Shown here piece by piece: positions 6,690 to 9,250 of a stretch of 9,250 nucleotides of DNA; the first letter of the stretch is position 1; every line of letters starts with the position of its first letter. Origin of the DNA: an uncultured archaeon (GTDB lineage Archaea > Iainarchaeota > Iainarchaeia > Iainarchaeales > CSSED10-239); NCBI GenBank assembly GCA_964468895.1, contig CAYXWT010000031.1:1-9250 (forward strand), in the 5' to 3' direction. The position numbers were made by a program, and so were the translations under genes. Below the pieces are notes generated by a model, which was not told the origin of the DNA, made no database searches, and saw only the letters and a list, made by a program, of their open reading frames with translations.

Positions 6690-8114
6690 TTATTTTTGTG
6701 AAAAGAATTCTATTGCTTTAGCTAGTTCAGCATGATCTTTTGCATATTCTTCTATACTTATTCCTTTTTTGTAAGCTTCACAAGATTGTACTAATGCTTT
6801 AGCTCCTGCTTGAGTTCCATCTGGATGTGCATGACAACCTGCACCCATTGTTGTAATAAAATCAACTCCACCCATAATATCTATAAATGGTTTAAGAAGT
6901 GTTGGATTTAGGCCACCAGAAACTATTGGACAACATTTTTTCACACCTCTCCATTCATCATCTTCTAGTATTACATGATGTGCTTGATCTTCTTGAACTA
7001 ATCTAATTGCATCTTTATCTTTTTCTGGAATTTTTGACCAACTTTGAGTAAAGAAGTGTCCATTAGCTTTAAAATCATCTATACCTTTAGCAGCAGTAAT
7101 ATCAGTATTAGGTGTTCCTTCCATTTTTCCTACTCCAGCAGTACCAGTATGAATCCCACTAGCTCCTGCTAATCTTGCAAATTTAGAAAGAACTAATACA
7201 CTAAAACCAAAAGCATTTTCTGGTCTAGTAAAAGCTCCGTGAGCTGCTCTGTGGAAATGAATAAAAACACTAGGGTATCTTCTTCTAAGAGTTTGTACTG
7301 CCATCCAACCAGCGGTTATTCCATCTATTAAGAATGCATAACTTCCTGGTTCAAAACCAGCATTTATAATAAGTTCACATCTTCTAATCATTTCATCAAA
7401 ATCTGCGGCTGAAACATTAAAGGAATGAACTTTTTTATTTCCAGTTTCTTTTACTGCTTTATCCATAGCATGTTTTACATGTAGTACCATTTTTTCATAA
7501 GGACAAAAATCTTGATCTGCTTGAGGTTCATCATTTTTTACAAAATCTCCTCCTCCAGCCCAGAAATCATAACATACTTCTGCATATTCAGCACTAGTAA
7601 GACCCATTTTTGGTTTTACAATTGTTCCTAATATTGGTCTTTTGTATATATTTAGATATTTTCTCATATCATCTATTGTATAACTAGGTCCATCATATTG
7701 TTCTAACATTGCTGGTGGAAACCACATATCTAATAGTTTTAAAGCATTAACTTCTTTCATACCTAATACATTTCCAACTACATAAGTTAGAATATTTTGT
7801 ATGTTTCCACCTCTATCAAATAATCTCCAAGGGTAAGCTATCCAAACTAATTCTTTTTCTAAATCTATTTTATAAACAAGTCCATTCATTTCTCTTGAAA
7901 ATGCTGTTTCTGTTTGTACTTTAAAATTAGTTCCTGTTGAAGATTCTGCTGCAATTTCAGCAGCTGCTTGAAGTGTGTTTAGGTCTTTACCAGGTAAAAA
8001 GTGAAAAATACAAAGTAAATATTCTCCATTTTTTACATTTGGTATATTAAAATTAATATATGCTTTTTGTTTGTCATTAAGTGTATTATATAATTTTTCT
8101 TCTTCGTTGTTCAT
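6690..8114 (-). CDS. rbcL: Ribulose-1,5-bisphosphate carboxylase/oxygenase large subunit, form II/III type (474 aa)
   Basis: Near-complete set of RuBisCO signatures. AAESSTGTN. GTIVKPKMGL. GGDFVKNDEPQ (carbamylated-Lys equivalent K193 at nt 7536-7538, Mg ligands D195/E196). IHFHRAAHGA. ARLAGASGIHTGTAGVGKMEG. PIVSGGLN. MGAGCHAHPDG. Sequence blocks match form II (Rhodospirillum rubrum CbbM as I remember it), but with 36 instead of 7 residues between QSW and PIVSGG. GAGGT RBS sits 7 nt upstream of the ATG. Confidence 0.95.
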   Translation of the reverse strand: MNNEEEKLYNTLNDKQKAYINFNIPNVKNGEYLLCIFHFLPGKDLNTLQAAAEIAAESSTGTNFKVQTETAFSREMNGLVYKIDLEKELVWIAYPWRLFDRGGNIQNILTYVVGNVLGMKEVNALKLLDMWFPPAMLEQYDGPSYTIDDMRKYLNIYKRPILGTIVKPKMGLTSAEYAEVCYDFWAGGGDFVKNDEPQADQDFCPYEKMVLHVKHAMDKAVKETGNKKVHSFNVSAADFDEMIRRCELIINAGFEPGSYAFLIDGITAGWMAVQTLRRRYPSVFIHFHRAAHGAFTRPENAFGFSVLVLSKFARLAGASGIHTGTAGVGKMEGTPNTDITAAKGIDDFKANGHFFTQSWSKIPEKDKDAIRLVQEDQAHHVILEDDEWRGVKKCCPIVSGGLNPTLLKPFIDIMGGVDFITTMGAGCHAHPDGTQAGAKALVQSCEAYKKGISIEEYAKDHAELAKAIEFFSQK

Positions 8115-8121
8115 AATTCTT

Positions 8122-8126
8122 ACCTC
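8122..8126 (-). promoter_or_regulatory. Shine-Dalgarno (GAGGT) for RuBisCO
   Basis: Minus strand reads GAGGTAAGAATTATG, a 7-nt spacer to the ATG at 8114. Confidence 0.5.
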
Positions 8127-8361
8127 TAACTATGTATAGATTATATTTAATTAGTATTATTATAATAAAAGAATATAATATTTATATATATATGTTATTT
8201 TCTTATATTTTCAAGTATTTAATAATATGTTATAAATTGTGATTAATCTAATTTTATTAGAACTTATTTCTTAATACTATTTATTAAAATTAATTTAATA
8301 TATAATGTTTTCGTTTATTAATTATATTAGTATTATATTAAATAAATAAATAAAAAGATTT

Positions 8362-8365
8362 GGAG
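8362..8365 (+). promoter_or_regulatory. Shine-Dalgarno (GGAG) for the FKBP gene
   Basis: GGAG lies 8 nt upstream of the TTG start at 8374. The N-terminus produced (MTKVKINDWVAVEYTGKLEDNTVFDS) matches the usual start of SlyD-like FKBPs. Confidence 0.5.
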
Positions 8366-8373
8366 TTGATATT

Positions 8374-8883
8374 TTGACAAAAGTAAAAATAAATGACTGG
8401 GTTGCAGTAGAATATACTGGGAAATTAGAAGATAATACTGTTTTTGATAGTAATAAAGGAAAAGAGCCACTTAATTTTCAAGTTGGAAAAGGAATGGTTA
8501 TTCCTGGTTTTGATAGTGCTTTAATAGATATGGAAATAAATCAAGAAAAAGAAATTACTATTAAATCTGAACAAGCATATGGATCTAAAACAGATAAAGT
8601 TATAGAAATACCAAAAACAGCTTTTCAAAGTTTAGAAAAGTTCGAAATTGGTAAAGAATTAACTATGAATACAAGTTTAGGGCCTATGGTAATAGAAATT
8701 AAAGAAATATTAGATGATAAAATTAAAGTTATATTAAACCATCCATTAGCAGGAAAAGTTTTAAAATTTAATATTAAGTTAATTAAAGTATTAAATGAAG
8801 AAGAAGTTAAAGAGTATCTTGCAAAATATCAATCTGATTCTTGTGATGGTAACTGTTCTGGTTGTTCAGAATGTTCTAATTAA
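8374..8883 (+). CDS. FKBP-type peptidyl-prolyl cis-trans isomerase, SlyD-like (with insert-in-flap chaperone domain) and a C-terminal Cys4 tail
   Basis: FKBP core blocks VEYTGKLEDNTVFDS, FQVGKGMVIPGFDSAL and NHPLAGKVLKFNIKLIKV. They are split by an insertion of about 50 aa (IEIPKTAFQS..MVIEIKEI), as in SlyD and archaeal short FKBPs. The tail is CDGNCSGCSEC (CX3CX2CX2C, nt 8842-8874). Confidence 0.85.
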   Translation: MTKVKINDWVAVEYTGKLEDNTVFDSNKGKEPLNFQVGKGMVIPGFDSALIDMEINQEKEITIKSEQAYGSKTDKVIEIPKTAFQSLEKFEIGKELTMNTSLGPMVIEIKEILDDKIKVILNHPLAGKVLKFNIKLIKVLNEEEVKEYLAKYQSDSCDGNCSGCSECSN

Positions 8884-8897
8884 TAAGATTAATTTTT

Positions 8898-8923
8898 AAT
8901 TTTATTTTTTAATTTTATTTTTT
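8898..8923 (+). repeat. Tandem 13-bp repeat AATTTTATTTTTT x2 in a T-rich tract downstream of the FKBP gene
   Basis: Exact copies at 8898-8910 and 8911-8923, followed by further T-runs (8931-8938). They could act as oligo-T termination signals. Low-complexity sequence. Confidence 0.4.
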
Positions 8924-9186
8924 GGTTTTAATTTTTTTAAGTTAGTATGTGGTTTTAATTGTTAATTAAATATTGTTTTTTTTTTAATATTTTTAAACAA
9001 GTTCTTTTATAAAGAGAAATAACTACATATACTTACAAATAATTCTTTTTTTCAAAAATATTTTAATAATATTTATTCAACGGCAATTTTGTTAGATTGG
9101 GATGTGTTTCGCAATTTTTTTTGAAAAGGTTATATGTGTTTTTTTAATTTATTTAAATTTTTATATAATATTTTTCTTGATTATTC

Positions 9187-9250
9187 ATGTCTTTAATTAA
9201 TACGTCTAATAATATAAATTCATCTAATAAATATTCTTATTTATTTATAA
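9187..9250 (+). CDS. Possible 5' end of a CDS running off the window (MSLINTSNNINSSNKYSYLFI...)
   Basis: ATG at 9187 is followed by 20 further stop-free codons to the window edge, in DNA where stops are frequent. TTTATATAA at 9160-9168 is centred about 23 nt upstream and there is no SD, similar geometry to the Fic start. The segment is too short to assign any function. Confidence 0.25.
   Translation, partial: MSLINTSNNINSSNKYSYLFI

Noticed and set aside
6690-8114. Visibly higher G+C of the RuBisCO gene as evidence of recent horizontal transfer
   Set aside because: The Gly/Ala/Pro-rich, highly conserved protein sequence forces G/C at first and second codon positions. Third positions still look A/T-biased like the neighbours, so composition alone does not support recent transfer.
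8150-8336. 11-mer ATTAGTATTAT present about 40 bp upstream of both the RuBisCO start (8150-8160) and the FKBP start (8326-8336)
   Set aside because: The symmetric placement is attractive. However, both copies are in the same orientation, the motif is almost pure A/T, and a rough estimate gives a chance 11-mer match within a 259-bp spacer of this composition a probability of a few tenths. It is not significant without conservation data.
1-9250. CRISPR arrays, tRNA/rRNA genes and riboswitch-like structured leaders
   Set aside because: I scanned the intergenic regions for regularly spaced repeats, G/C-rich cloverleaf-sized patches and long conserved-looking stems. Only the short hairpin at 6647-6671 and the repeats listed above were seen.

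Overview
Very AT-rich 9.25-kb window (by eye about three quarters A+T) read with the standard genetic code. I found no rRNA, tRNA, CRISPR array, transposase or integrase. Nine CDS are credible. Housekeeping or metabolic genes sit at both ends: a 5'-truncated methionyl-tRNA synthetase and a class I SAM methyltransferase on the left; a COG3457-type PLP amino-acid racemase, a form II/III RuBisCO large subunit and a SlyD-like FKBP isomerase on the right. The RuBisCO has a form II-like active site plus a 29-residue insertion. The FKBP isomerase has a Cys4 tail. Between these blocks (about 2.0-5.4 kb) lies what looks like an accessory conflict island with three parts. (1) A Fic-domain protein preceded by a triple-repeat operator wrapped around a TATA-like box. 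(2) A translationally coupled pair (TAATG overlap) of a 92-aa winged-helix protein and a 125-aa RelE/ParE-like protein. (3) A divergently transcribed, minimal 221-aa ATP-dependent RNA-ligase-family protein with a KxDG nucleotidyltransferase core. The best candidate for an undescribed system is the combination of the wHTH/RelE-like pair and the stand-alone RNA ligase sharing a 174-bp control region, with Fic next door. This is a hypothesis drawn from motifs and gene order, not a demonstrated system. Composition, the RuBisCO type and the mix of Shine-Dalgarno-led and apparently leaderless TATA-proximal starts suggest an uncultivated small-genome lineage, either a DPANN archaeon or a CPR bacterium. 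I cannot tell which from this window.
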